Shown here piece by piece: positions 25,660 through 38,701 of a stretch of DNA of 64,000 nt. The translations under genes and the position numbers were made by a program. Under the pieces are notes generated by a model. It saw only the letters and a list, made by a program, of their open reading frames with translations, made no database searches and had not been told where the DNA came from. The stretch is from Neoechinorhynchus agilis (lineage: Eukaryota; Animalia; Acanthocephala). The stretch covers positions 1,736,001 to 1,800,000 of the forward strand of contig CM121341.1 of the NCBI GenBank assembly GCA_051530055.1, given 5' to 3'. Position 1 is the stretch's first letter. The number at the start of each line of letters is the position of its first letter.

Positions 25660-27560
25660 TATTATAACACATTTTATTGATACGAACAGAGAAGCCACGT
25701 ACCTCTGGGTCTTCCTCGTGAGCGCTCGAGTTCTGATTTGTCAAACAAATGCGGTTGTTTATTTTGAAGAGGATTTCGGGTTCGGTCGGATGGGAACATC
25801 CGGTCAGACTGGGAGGTCCGTTCGTCGGTCGGGGTGAATGCCCGTTGAAGTGGGAATTGGCGGTTATTGTTTGTAGGAGATTTATTTGATTTTGGTTGGT
25901 TAATTGCTAGTTGTTGTCTTCCGTTATTTCCTTCGAATCAATTCGCATTTGTATGATTGAGCATTGGGGAGAAAGAATTGAGGTAGAGATTTGTGCGATG
26001 GGGCGACGCGAGTGTTGTAATGTGAGTAAAAGGAGAAATGTGCGGTAGAAATTGAGGCGGGAGAGAATAAAGGCTTTTGAGTGCTTTTGAAAGATTGGAG
26101 AGAGGTGTTTTTCTAAGGGCAGGAGTTTGGAGGAGCAGATTGGAGTGCAGTTCTCTTGTGAAATGTATTAAGTTTTTAAATACTATCCAATTGTTCCTTC
26201 AAGTGGATTTGTATTCTCAATGGCGAATTGTAACACACTCGAGCTTTATTGAAGTCAACCTCGCGAATTTTCAAGGGCCGTGTGAAAAATAGATTTTCCA
26301 TGTAAAGAGAGATTACGCGAGATCGATTTGGTAAATGTGAAAATGTGTTGATCTCCCTTATCCTAGACCGTAAAGTGGGGATGTCCCGTCACATTGAGGA
26401 GCAGCGGAGGGAGAAAGGATCATTGCGCAATGGTCTGAGGATGAGGTTGGAGGTAGTTTTTTTAGTAGCCTTGTATTTGTGGATCTTAGTAAAGATTCTA
26501 TCGAGATGTGAGGAGTGGCGGGCAGGATATTTTACTAAGTGGACGAAGTCAAGGAGAGATAGTGATGTAGGAAGATTATTGGAATCACCAAGAATGGTTA
26601 GATGTTCAAGACCAAGAGAGTGAAGATTTGCTACCATTCTGCATGAGCGAAGTTTGAGAGAGTAAGGAGTTGAGGAAGTAAGGAAGGTCGGACGGAATCA
26701 AAATGGCCACTCCACCTCCCACGCGTTCGTCTCTGTAAGAGTGGAAGAAGTGTAGGCAGGAATAAAGGCGATGTCGGAATTGGAGGAGTGCAGCCATGAT
26801 TCCACAATGACCAGAATGTCTGCGTTGGCGGTAGTGGCTAAAAGCGGAAGATGATCTATTTTTGGTAACAGATTTCTTGTGTTAGTGAAAAGAATGGAGG
26901 GAAATAGCTGTTTTAAAGAGCTTGAAGGGGGATGTAGTTTGCGGGAGTTTACTGGTGAAAGAGCTGGTTGGATATGTTCCTGAACGGATTTCGAGCGAGT
27001 ATCAATGTTTGATTCTACCAATGTACAGTTAGGACTTTCGGATGTGTCCAAAAATTTACATTTGAGTTCTGAGGGTAGGTTTTGGCTTGTGATAAATTAG
27101 TGGAAGGGGAAAGAATACGATTATGCATAGGAGAATGATGGATGAAGTTCACAGTTTGAAGTGAGCGATCTGGGTATATTCGGTATGGTAGGGAGGAATT
27201 GACAAGAAGCGCTTTTGAAGGAAGGAGTTGGTGTTCGGTAGATGGAAAGTGATTCTGAGTTCACGAGGACGAGAGTTATTGAAGTTTTTGTTAAGGAAAG
27301 AGAGAGAAGGATCCGGGAAAGAGTTGCCGACAGACAATATTAAGGTGATGAATGCAGTGTTTCTGAAGGTCTAATTTGGATAATATTGGGATTTCGGGGA
27401 TACCTGGGAGGAAGATGTTATGTGTAGGTCCGTGAGGTACCAAGCGAGAGACCCATTGGAACTTTCCCTTGCCGAAGCATTGCTTATCTCAAAAGGGGTT
27501 AAAAAGTGGGATTGGTACTCGTATGGAGGAGACGGCCAAAGTGAGACGTTTTAGGCTGCT
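25660..27560 (-). mobile_element. Decayed APE-type LINE: endonuclease plus ORF2 C-terminus, RT core apparently deleted
   Basis: APE motifs ILFTNTRNLLPKIDHL, DILVIVESWL, YRDERVGGGVAIL, LGDSN and LDRIFT. The C-terminal ERSRGRPRGTW is followed by AATAAA. The 5' boundary is uncertain. Confidence 0.75.
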
Positions 27561-27619
27561 TCATGAAAGGGACAAGTTAGCCTCCTCTATAACCCAGTTC
27601 TAATTACCTTTGTAGATCG

Positions 27620-27775
27620 CGTGTTTTTTTCAGGACCCTGAATAAGAAGTAAAACTCCGAAACATCAGTCAAAAATAAGCATTTGTTTTCAATCGCTTAA
27701 CCTGCTTAAATAAGGACATTAGAAAAGAAAACACCCGATGAGGAATCAGTTGACAATCCACCAACTTTTTTAGAT
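27620..27775 (+). repeat. Dispersed ~150-bp repeat, second copy at ~49190-49335
   Basis: Shared TTTTTTCAGGACCCTGAATAAGAA...AACTCCGAAA...TGCTTAAATAA...GAATCAGT(T/C)GACAATCCA. Confidence 0.8.
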
Positions 27776-28208
27776 GCAAAAACTGTTTAAAATTCCTAGA
27801 AGATAGGCAAACAAGCATCAACCTCTATGGCTATTAGTCTATGGGAGTCTCGATTTCTCAAAATTTGCAGTGTAAACTTTTCGAACTTATTGAATGGATA
27901 CATTATTCAATCAGTTATTTTTGACGAATAGCAAGTACGCTATGATGGTATCAGCTCGAGCTTTTATTCAAGCGTTAAATGCCTGTATAAAAGCTGAATA
28001 CTAAGGTCAAAAATTGCCTATTATATTTATAATTTTCTTAATGTTGTGTCCGATTCAAACCGTCTTCATCAATTTTTCCCTTTTTGAAAACTGTTAATAT
28101 TTCCCACCGTATCAATGTTGTGAAAGTCTTAAAAAAGGCCAATGTTGCTTCCCTTTGGTAAGAAACTCCTCATTAAAATCTAGACGGATTGCTTATTATT
28201 ACCATCAC

Positions 28209-31200
28209 TTAGCACAGTTGCACTTCTCTCAAAGGAGGGCACTTTATACCGCCGTTCATTGCTCGTTGGACAATTTTTCTCGTCCTTTGCTTCTGTCTAT
28301 TCATCCCAACGACTTGACATTGCGACCAATCATTCCAATCGCTAACTACACAATTTATAGTTTCTAAACTCCAAAATCCGTGTATTATGTTTTTAACAAA
28401 ATACCTTCGCTTACCGCATGGTTTTGTGGTACACTTTCTAACTTCTCTTTGAATTGGATCACATCGACCGTTTTCTAGTCGCCTTTTACGTGTTTCAACT
28501 CCATCTCCACATCCGACACTGCATTTGGACCATTCGGACCATTTTCCATAAGTGCACTGATGTGAACCTTAGTTCAAAGAAAAGTTTTTTAAAACAATTT
28601 AACTCCTTTTTAATATGAACGAAAATCAAGCAATCTCTTTTGGCTCACGAAATGGGCAAAATATCCCTATAAACTTAATGAGCTAATGGGCATTCACAAA
28701 ATAACCCCCTTAATCGTTATTCTAAAATTAGAATAACTTGGCTTACCTGCTTTGCATTTGTTTTCACACAACTGTTTTGTTTCAAAATTATTTCCGTTTC
28801 CACGGCATCCTCCAAACCGAAACTGCAAACATTCGTTTTTATTTCTATTGTAGTAGTACCGACGGAGGTCGCTACGACAAGGTCGACCATCAGCCAATTC
28901 CAAATGGCAAACGTCTAAAGTGAAGTTATTCATACAAATCCAAAATGCGTTCTCTCTTCAATGTCGGTCAACTATCAGTGTTCGTCAAAATGAACAATGA
29001 CTAACGAATTCTGCTTTAAGGTTTGTCTGACCATGCTGTGCTTTAAAAGAACACAAATCGCGAAAGGTATTTACCTTCTACTTGACATCCATCTTCAGAT
29101 TTACAAATCTTTTCCTCAATCAAGACTTCATTACAGCCTTCATTGCGAATGTATTTTCTAAATCGTCTACTCGTGCCATATCCACATAAATTTGAACACG
29201 GCGACCAATCTGACCACTCGGTCAAAACACATCTACACATTTCAAAACAATACCGAATTTTAAGAAAATTTATGCGTCCACACTCACCCCTCGTTTCCTT
29301 CACATTTTCCAATGCAAAGTCGCTTTGTTCTTAGGCGCTCAGTGCAACCTGCTTTGATAGCCATCGGACTATCAATATAATGCCTCACTTTTGTCTCATA
29401 TCCATATCCACATGAGCTGCTGCATTGAGACCAGGGCGTCCATTCACTCGTTTCGCATCGGGGATCGCTTAGCTTTGGTGATTTTACTTCATCTTTGTCA
29501 CATTCGAACGGCTTGAATTCGGCTAGATTTAAATGAAGATCCGCAATGACTTCTGATGTTTGGTTTTGGATCGTAATTGCTTCAACCGGAACCTCAATAC
29601 TCGATTTCCATTCACACTTAGCTTCATCGCATAAATCGATGCTAGGAGATGCTATCAAAATGCGTGAAAGAGAATGTTTAAGCCATGGAAACTCACCGGC
29701 GAAAAGTAAATGAGTAGGAAGTAGGGCTGATCTTAACGTAGAATCAGTAAACTTGGCGTAAAGAATATGTTAAATTTTCTGAAAAGGTTCTATGCGCTTT
29801 GGGGCACCAACGGAATATGGGAATTCTGTAAAAGATTTCTTGTCATGAACGACATAATTATGAAGGAATTAGTGTGATATTTAGAAAGCCGACTGCGTCT
29901 TTTATCTCAAAAAGAGTTAAATTTTACCGAAAGTGGATTAAATGATGTAAAAAATCAGGCGATGAAATACAGAAATTTTGTAGGATCATAAAGGATAAGA
30001 AAACGAGTGAATATTACGACAAAAGGAAACGCCATCTAAACTACGCCCAAAGATAGCTGATTCCACAATATCGTCAAATAACGGAAATTGCTTGTAGCGT
30101 CCAAATCCACAATTATTTGATTTCCGTACCCATTTATTGGAAATCCTTGTTCTTCTTTGAACATATATACATGATTTTTTCTGTTCTGTAATTAAAAATA
30201 AAACCCATAAATATATAAATGAAAATACCTTTGAAGACCTCAATTCATTCGATAAGTCGTTTATATCGCCTTTGAGAAGATAATTTTGTACTACTTGTGA
30301 TCTTGTACTTAATCCGTTAAAATCTTTATTGTGGACAACAAACAAGATATCTGAGAATTCGGTCTCTTGGCTTAGATTTAACTTTATAGGTACATCCGCC
30401 AATATGACTCGATACTTAGCTGTTCCACATGGACAACACGATTTTTCGCTTCGAGTGCTTCTAAATCGTTCATCGCATAGTTCAACTTGATAAGTAGTGG
30501 CACTACAATCTGGATCGAATTGTTGATTAACGTAAGATCGTTGTCGCTTTCTTATCATTTGACCGTTGTTTTCAAAACATTTTGACCATGGCGTCCATGG
30601 ATGTAGGGCACATTTGGAGGTCGTTGGTGATTCTAAATATGCTTATTCAGATATATATTTTTTAGTATTTTCTCGCTTTCTTTTTAATATTTGAGAATGT
30701 TCATTTCTTACAAGCCATTTTTTCAATCCATAAAAGTTTCGATGGGAGAATCCAGCATTCCCTTTCTGAATCGCTGATTCTCCGACGAAAAAAGTAGGTT
30801 GCCCTGGGGTCCTATTTTGTTGTTGCGACTAACCATTTTGCAATCTTGGCTAAAAATTGTGCCGTGCTTGGTCAGACGGCACCAATTGCCTCAATGGTGG
30901 GAGGTTGGAAAATGTAGAGCTACGGATCGAGGTATTTGTATTTCTCTTTTTTTCATTGCTGTTTTCGACACATCACCGGCCCTTGAAACTGCAAGGGACA
31001 AGTTGCTCTCAGCAATCGCTTTCGGGTAGGTTAAATTTCAGGGAGACGGTCTCTTTCCCACAGAACTGTTGATGCGCCGCCCGGTCTAATGTTTTATTGC
31101 GTAGAAATTCTAGTTAAATCTGATATTTAAACGCCTGTGAACATAAAAGGGTTTTAAATTAGGACGACATTACCTAGGGATTTGAAATAAGAAAAATGCT

Positions 31201-34200
31201 TCCAGCAACACTGCCCAAAACCGGGTAATAAAACGATCGATTCAATGATCCCGGTCCGCATTAATCACCTTTTGCGCTATTAACAATATGCAAAGCACAA
31301 GCTTGTTGGCATTGTTCTTTTGAGAAGAAATTATTCGCGTTTCCGTTACAGCCTCCGAAATAAAACATGGTGCATTTCCCTGTAGTCGAATCAAAATAAT
31401 ATCTAGTTAGATTTCGTTTACACAATCCCGGTTCCACTATCAAGAGACAGTCGTCTAAATATTTTTCGATGTTTATCTTCCAAGATTCTTTAAAAGCAAA
31501 CCTTGAGACCTTTTTATATGTTCTTCATCTCTTATACAGTTTCCTTTGCACGGTTGAGTTTGTTCTAATTCTTCACCACAAAATCCAAGTGCAAGCGGTT
31601 TAGACTTGTAAAATCTGTATCGGCTCATGACTCCATCTCCACACCCAGCACTACAAGCGGACCAAGGGGACCAAGGTGTAGTTACGCATCTTGAATCGGC
31701 CCCACTAGCTAAATACCCAATCACAGATTTAAAATGTCGAATATCGTTATTTTTCGGACTTACATGTTCGACCAAGAAGCAGAATATCGCAAACGTTCTC
31801 ACATTCCTCAACGGTTCTGAAATTATTTTCATTTCCATCACATCCACTGTATTGAAAATGTGTACACTTTCGAAGATCGAAATCGAGATAATATCGAGTT
31901 GTGAACTCTTTACATTTTCCAACCTCTTTTGGTTGCATGCAAATTCCTTTTATTAAAACACAATATTTTTCATTTCATAAAATCGTACTTAACTTTTCTT
32001 TTCAAACATATCCAGCTTCAGTCCACTCTCGCAATCTGTCCCATTTCCAACACATGATCGTTTTTCTATTGTTTTAACGTCTTCGCATTCTCCCTCTTTT
32101 TTTAAGAAACTTCTTTTTCGTTCCATTATACCCATTCCGCATTCAACGGAACATGGAGACCATTCGGACCAGTCGCTCATCTGACACCTAAAGAAGAATT
32201 ATGATTAAATCTGATAGTGATTGGCATAATTATTTAAGAACTATGGTCATTCTCGTTCAAACGGATCGAAATCGAGTATAAAAATTCCGGTTACTCTTTT
32301 GCACCCTTAAATCCAAAATCATACCTTCCATCAACTGGCGTAAATCCAGGTCTACAAGACAGCGTGGAGAAACAACTCCTCCTTTGTATCAGCTCCTCGT
32401 TACATTTAAAACGTCGAACAGTTCGGTCATTGATGGCATATGTCCTTGATCTAACTTGATACCCATTTCCACAGATAGACGAGCATTCCGTCCATTGTGA
32501 CCATTCGTTTAAAGGGCAATTCGGATCCTTTTGGTCATCTTAGATAAACATTTCTAGCGGTTATAAAGGGCAATAAATTATCTACCAATCAGTTTCATCG
32601 CATGAGGTTTTCGTTTAGTGCGTAAAGACTTTGACATGGATTTTCCCATTTTATTCATTCTCATTTTTTCATCCAGCTTCTCGTCAAAACTTAAATCAGT
32701 TTCCACCTTCGGGTCCTTCACACCAAAAGGACACTGCACGTTCCTCGTTTGCTTCAGTGTTAGTGACAATATTGCCATTGGTGGAATCTTTGTACCTTCG
32801 CGCCGTGAGATTAGCGCACTAGAAAACATTTTGAGCTCGCAGCTTTCCACTAACCTGGTTTATAAAATGGAGATAAAGGACTATCTGGATTTGATGATGT
32901 AATCATCTTTATTGCTGCTCTTGGAGTAGTAGGCCGTTTGTTTCCAACGTAGGTAAGACCATCGTCCACTCCGGCATCGATAGGCTGCAACAATATCGAT
33001 TGGCTTCTGATCCATGTGCAATTGGATGCACAAAGGTCAACGCTGTCGATTCCTTGATGCTTTTTGCTGTAATGAATCCTAAAATGAATGAAACAATGAC
33101 TTACCTGTGAACCAATCGGGGCTTGGACCGATCATTGTAGCCAGTGAAAGTAGTGGATGCGATGAAGAAGTACTGAACGTTGTCTTTGCTTCGTCGTACA
33201 AAGCTGTTGTCCAGAGACCTTTCATACTTATCATATCGCGAATATAACCAAAGGATGACTAGATCGAATCGATTAATTGATATCGAAGAAGATGAATTAT
33301 TTATCGAAACAGAAAAATAGTTCATATCAGATTGAAACTGTGGTCTTTTTATTTAAAGCTGGAAATTAACCAAATTTCAACGTCTAAATGCTTGTTTCAT
33401 AAAATTTAAAATCGTTCCATTAGATACTTTTCCGAATAGATCAATAAAGAGTTTTAGCGGCGTTTTATAGTATATAACAATTTTAGAGATGAGTAAAAAT
33501 GTTCGAGTGAATGAAAACTGAAGATCGCTTGCTCAATGCGGTGTTGACTCGTTAAAAAGATTTTAAAGAGCGAATCTCGAGCGTATTTTTACAAAATGTT
33601 AAATATTCTTGCTAAAGGACAAGAACAAAAGTTGTACTCACATGATTCATGATTTCTTGTTCCAGCACGGAACCGGAACCATATAACGCCATTTGCTTCA
33701 TTCCTTCACTTGAGTATCCACCAATTTTCCATACATGATATCCATAGGAATGCACAGCTCCAACGAAGTCTCCCCAATGAAGCAAAGACTCTATTAAAAA
33801 CAAATTTAGGGCACAATTACAATACACGATCACCAACCAGGCGGCCAGTCCTTTGGGTGGGTGACTTTAGACCACAATCCTTTAAAGGAAATCTCATACA
33901 ACGCTGACCCACAGGCGCAGCACTTGGGCTTTTCATTATTCATGCCTTGTGAAAGATAAGATTCAAGTTTCTCAAGAAATTATCTCACCACTTTCAGGAC
34001 AAATTCGCTTTGTAAGTCGTCCATCGTGAGCGAACCATAGTGATCCACGTAGGACAACTACTGCTTGAATAATAATACAAAGACCTCGGTCATCCGAAGC
34101 AGGAGATTGCCATTGCAGCGAAGCTGAATATGTTTGGACTTTGTAATTATTTTTGACTGCACCTGGGCATTTTTCGGATAGACTGTGATCTTTAGGATTC

Positions 34201-34542
34201 AGCTGATGGTATTTATTTTTAAATCCATTCGTATTAAAGTTTACTTACAATAAATACACCAGCAGGACGTGAGTTTAATTCATAAGAAGCGGATATCCGA
34301 AAAGACTCAAATTCTAGCATGTGCTCACTCACATCAGATACCGACAAGGTCACAGTGTAAGTCTTATTTGTTTCGAATCGGTCGGAATTGGCGTCGTCGA
34401 AATCCAAATGGAAACCATTGTCTCCACGTAAACGGCGGACGCGGAATTGATCAATATTCGAACATGGGATCTGGTCAATCTGAACGCTAGTATCTTCTGC
34501 CCAGCAGAATTGGCAAATTGAGAAAAGCAAGACGATTAACAT
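28209..34542 (-). CDS. SPON1: F-spondin (spondin-1)-like secreted protein, multi-exon: Reeler, Spondin_N, ~8 TSP1, 3 Kunitz and a second degenerate Spondin_N
   Basis: Signal peptide MLIVLLFSICQFCWA; Reeler RLRGDNGFHL and WQSPASDDRGLCIIIQA; Spondin_N CCACGSALYEISFKGLWSKVTHPKDWP and WKIGGYSSEGMKQMA; repeated WSxWSxCSxxCGxG; three Kunitz FxxGCxGNxNNF motifs. Confidence 0.9.
30780..31080 (+). mobile_element. Possible short LINE RT relic inside a spondin intron
   Basis: GC-richer patch reading IAVFDTSPALETARDKLL, a weak resemblance to the RT motif FxDxSKAFDxxxHxxLL. Confidence 0.3.
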
Positions 34543-35799
34543 TTTACGGAAGCTGAACGAAAGTTGCAGCAATATCAGTTGTCTTAAGGGACCTGTCGCA
34601 TGCACGGGAAGTGTAAATAAGAAATCCAGAGGAATTCGCTGGCATAAAAAGCACAATATATGACAGATTCCGTGGGGAAGGAGCCGCTTCGATGAAATGC
34701 ATCCTTGTCATCGTTCTCTTAGAATGTTCTGCGACGGGATATCTTTTGTGAGATTCCCAATGTCAACTCTTTGCGCGGCTACGATCAGCCTGAGTTGTGC
34801 ATTTACTTTCTTTACGTCGCATAGTTCAAGTGGATGATACAACAATTGTAGGGAAATAGTCGATTAGGTCTCAAAAACAATTCTCTACCTATTAGATTTT
34901 GTAGCAGAAATATATCGTTAGTCCTCGGAATGGTTCACCTTATCAGAGACAAAATGACTTTTTTATATCAATGGCGTGAGCTTATGATGTCTTGATTCTA
35001 CAAAGCTTTTCTTTGTTGATTGAATAAATGATTTGATCACGGATGTTTTGCAATGCCACATATCCGAAAAAGCGTATCGTTAAATCCGCTTTATGATTTT
35101 CCCCGAGATTCGATTTCGATAAAATATGGATGAAGAATAATCCATAGCGATTTACTTGTCATTCCGCTTTTTCCTATCACGAATTTTCATTATTCAGTAA
35201 ACGGTTTTGCACATTTAACAGCGATTCACCAAAGTGCTCCTATTCTCATTTTGTCCCACAGTTGTCTTCAGCTAGTTAGAAACTTTATGTATTTACTACT
35301 CAATTCCTTCTCAGACTAACCGTTTAATTTTACAATTAAGAAGTGATTGATACCTTAAGTTCTACATTAGGCCGCAACGTATTGAAAATTGACTTTTGGT
35401 ATAGGTTTATTACACCACACGTCAATGATAGGCACGAGAATTTAAAACTAAATGCAGGCTTATAATTTTAATCGATCCCGGCGCTTACAAGTTATCCGTC
35501 ATGACGGAACCCACGGAAAAAGAGCGACGAGTTTTAAATGATCCTTAAGAGATACAATTGAAATCGTGTGTAATATGTCCCCTAATGAACAACATCAATT
35601 GAAAGTTTCTTAATCTAAATATCCACACGTCTCTACATTTCTGACTAAGTAATTTCTAAATTTACTACAGTTGTTCCTATCGTAATCGCCTCCCCTGCAC
35701 CACGATTAATCCAACAGACCGTGAAACACTATCAAGTGTTAGATATTGTTGGAAAGTTCATAATTATAGATTATATAAATAGCGTGAATCGCTGCTTGA

Positions 35800-37000
35800 T
35801 TTTCCAGGCGCATGTCTTAATTAAATTTGACAAATACGACAATGAACCAGGCGAGCTTTTAGTCCCGCTCTTCGCAGCAGTCTATGTCGTTCGTGAATTG
35901 CTCGCTGAAGAAAATGGAATCTTCAGAATGGTCTTTAGTTTTTGCCGATTTCTCTCGAGATCATCAACCATTCGCTGGCTAGCCTTTTCCGAGCGTAATT
36001 GAAGTCTTCTGATCTCTTGACCTGAGTATCCATTCTGAGCCAACGTTTCATTGATTTCCTGAACCGTCAATCGTTCCGCATCTACTGATAATGAGCACGT
36101 CCGTACAGTCCGATGCATCTGAGCGTTGATCGTCTGTTTTATCACCCAAGGATTATGAGAATCTCGATGCATGAAGATGGCCTTCTTGCACGGCTTGCAC
36201 TACCAACTGTATTCGTTTAAATCATTGGCGTTGAAACAAAGATTCAGGGACGGCAGGTAATCCGCTGTCCCGGATAACTCTGATCCGCCCAGCCGAACCC
36301 ATCAAATTCAACCGGGACTTCATTCGCTTCACTCTCCTCTCTGTAGGTTTGCGTCGAATCATCACGAGGACGGGGGAACATCATGGAGCACCAAGCTCAT
36401 GCCCGAACGCACGCCAGGCAAGGACAGGAAAGGTCAATATGGTGGTGCTCGGTGTGGAGAGAACGCAACGTTGTGTATAAGATGACCTGCGAACGTTGCA
36501 AAAAGAAGGAAATGGCGTTATATCACATTCATTGGGGTCGGACGGAGCAGCGACCGCTGTACAAACGAGTTACACGGAACACGTTCGTAATGCGCTCAAC
36601 CCCAGTGCGCATGGGCAGAACACCATTCGCGGTGCCATCGGGATGGCGAGGTGAACCTCTCTACCGAAATCATTTATAAAGCCCCTTTCGGATTTAGCGA
36701 TAGCGGCGGTGATTTTGGGAGAACCACTAAAGGGATGATGGTAAGATGCTTTTTCCATTTCCACGTCCCATTGTATGTATCGGTCCTTCGATCGTCAATA
36801 CAATGTACATTGACTATCGTCACACATTCCAATCAAATAAGGCGGATTACAGACTAAAACGCAGAACAAAACCACTCCGATCTACCTTCTGGACCTGAAG
36901 AAGTCCGACGAGACGGACGAAATCTTATGAACGGGAATTAATAAATCAATCTCTTAATCATCAAACAATTCTTTTATTGAACGTAGAAGATAGTTTATTT
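35800..37000. mobile_element. Penelope-like element relic: RT C-terminus on - (~36370-35800), GIY-YIG endonuclease and 3' UTR on + (~36380-37000)
   Basis: The - strand reads KPCKKAIFMHRDSHNP...RTCS...EINETLAQNGYSGQEIRR...LKIPF. The + strand reads NVVYKMTCERC...GRTEQRPLYKRV. Confidence 0.8.
36890..36997 (+). ncRNA. Candidate type I hammerhead ribozyme in the Penelope 3' region
   Basis: CTGAAGA-A-GTCCG-acgaga-CGGAC-GAAA at 36895-36922 with a perfect 5-bp stem II. A possible third strand AAGAUA/GUUUA lies at 36987-36997. Confidence 0.5.
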
Positions 37001-37728
37001 CGAATATTAATTTATCGAGATTAAACGAAGATGTTCGAGCCAGCTGGATGAAGACGCTTAATCCAATAACAGGTATTTTACATAAAATTTAATTGGAAAA
37101 ATGCCTTTACTATTTTAAATACTCATTTCGGCGTAATTTTAGAAACGTTTTTAGATCACCAAGCACACAATCTTAGTGAACAAATCCCGGGTCATTAAAA
37201 TATTTTCTTTAACCAAATCAGTGTTTCCAGTACCGACAAAAGTGCAAACTTATCAAGCTTTTTATACTTCCAAAATGAACAATAACGAGCATTAAAGAGG
37301 TAGGGGGAAATCTTCAACAATATTTCACTTTCGGTCAACTATAAACAAAAGTAGTATTGCGGATTGGATAGATTCGACACAACCACAGTGCATATATTAT
37401 AATAAATTCATTCTTCATCTAACTATTCGATCCATCAACAAACAAATATTCATTATATCTTCCAACAAAGAAAGGAGTAGGAAAAGTAAAATAAATATGT
37501 AAAAGTTTCGACAGTTGCTGCAACAAAAAACATAAATTTTTTATTCGTGCAGCAGCAGAAGCATCGGGCACTATAAAGTAAAGATGCAATGTACTTATTT
37601 GTTACAAACAAACAATACTGCGGCTTTCGTTCGTAATTCGAGAAAAATTAAGTGATCAAAAAGTGGTAAAGCAAAACCCTTTGAACACCTCACCACAAAA
37701 CTCAGCAGGTATTTTAAACGCACTCAAT

Positions 37729-38701
37729 TCAATAGCAATCATTCTGCTGCTGTCCTTTCAGTGAAAAAAGACCATCCCTAATCTCATCGTAGAATGTACT
37801 CTCTCGTCTGACGGAAATGGCATCCTCTTCGGTTTCCTCTGTGGTAGTAAAATTTGATTTTCTGTTTCGTACTTTCGGAATTATTAACTTCAATATTGAA
37901 TGCGTTCGCCAATCCTCTCTTTTATTAGCGAGCTCCAAAATCATTTTGTCGAAGTAAGTCGAAGTACGAATAAAGTCCATCAAAGCAATTGCTGCTGTCA
38001 CTGGAAACTCGTATCCGCTTTCAAGTTTTTTTTCTATCCAGCATAATCCTTCAATGTCATTGTTAATGTACAACAGATCCTTGAGATGACTATCTTCGGT
38101 GATTTGTCTTATTTCCATGCAAATATTGTATTTTCGGCATAGTTTATACTTAAAATAAGCTGGGACGTCCCGTTCACTTAAGATTATTTTTTTTGCAATA
38201 TCAAAAAAGCGAGGGGGAAGCATGACAAGCAAGCGTGCTGTTCAAAATGAACGTCCTATATTCCACCAGGGCGAACATTTTTTTTATTACATGGAACTTT
38301 CTTAGTTTTTCAAGTTTATCGGCCAAATCGTTTATCTGGTTATCACCTATTTTCGATTTAGCGAGTATTCTTATAGCACTCGCGGCAACGCTCACATCAG
38401 AGGATGTCAAAAATTCGAAAAATGGATTGAAAATGCCGAATCTAGACATGAGTAATAAGAATTCACGGGGAGCAGAATTCTCTTGAGTTAAAACGTGTTC
38501 AACGTTTTCTTTCACCCATGGTTCAATTATGTCCTGAAGAGTTGAACGTTTACTCAGGCAATAGTACAACAGCTTGCTCTTAACTTGCAACTCAGAAAAA
38601 CTGTCTACATTTTGTTCAATCAGTCTAGTGACAAACATAGCTTCGTCGATCGAATCCTGTGCTTCAAGCACGGATTCTAACAGTTGAACCAAATTTGGCA
38701 T
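37729..38701 (-). CDS. Unknown protein, at least two exons
   Basis: Two long adjacent ORFs that can be joined by an ~110-nt GT-AG intron (ag|GTGATA...AACAG). No family recognised. Confidence 0.55.
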
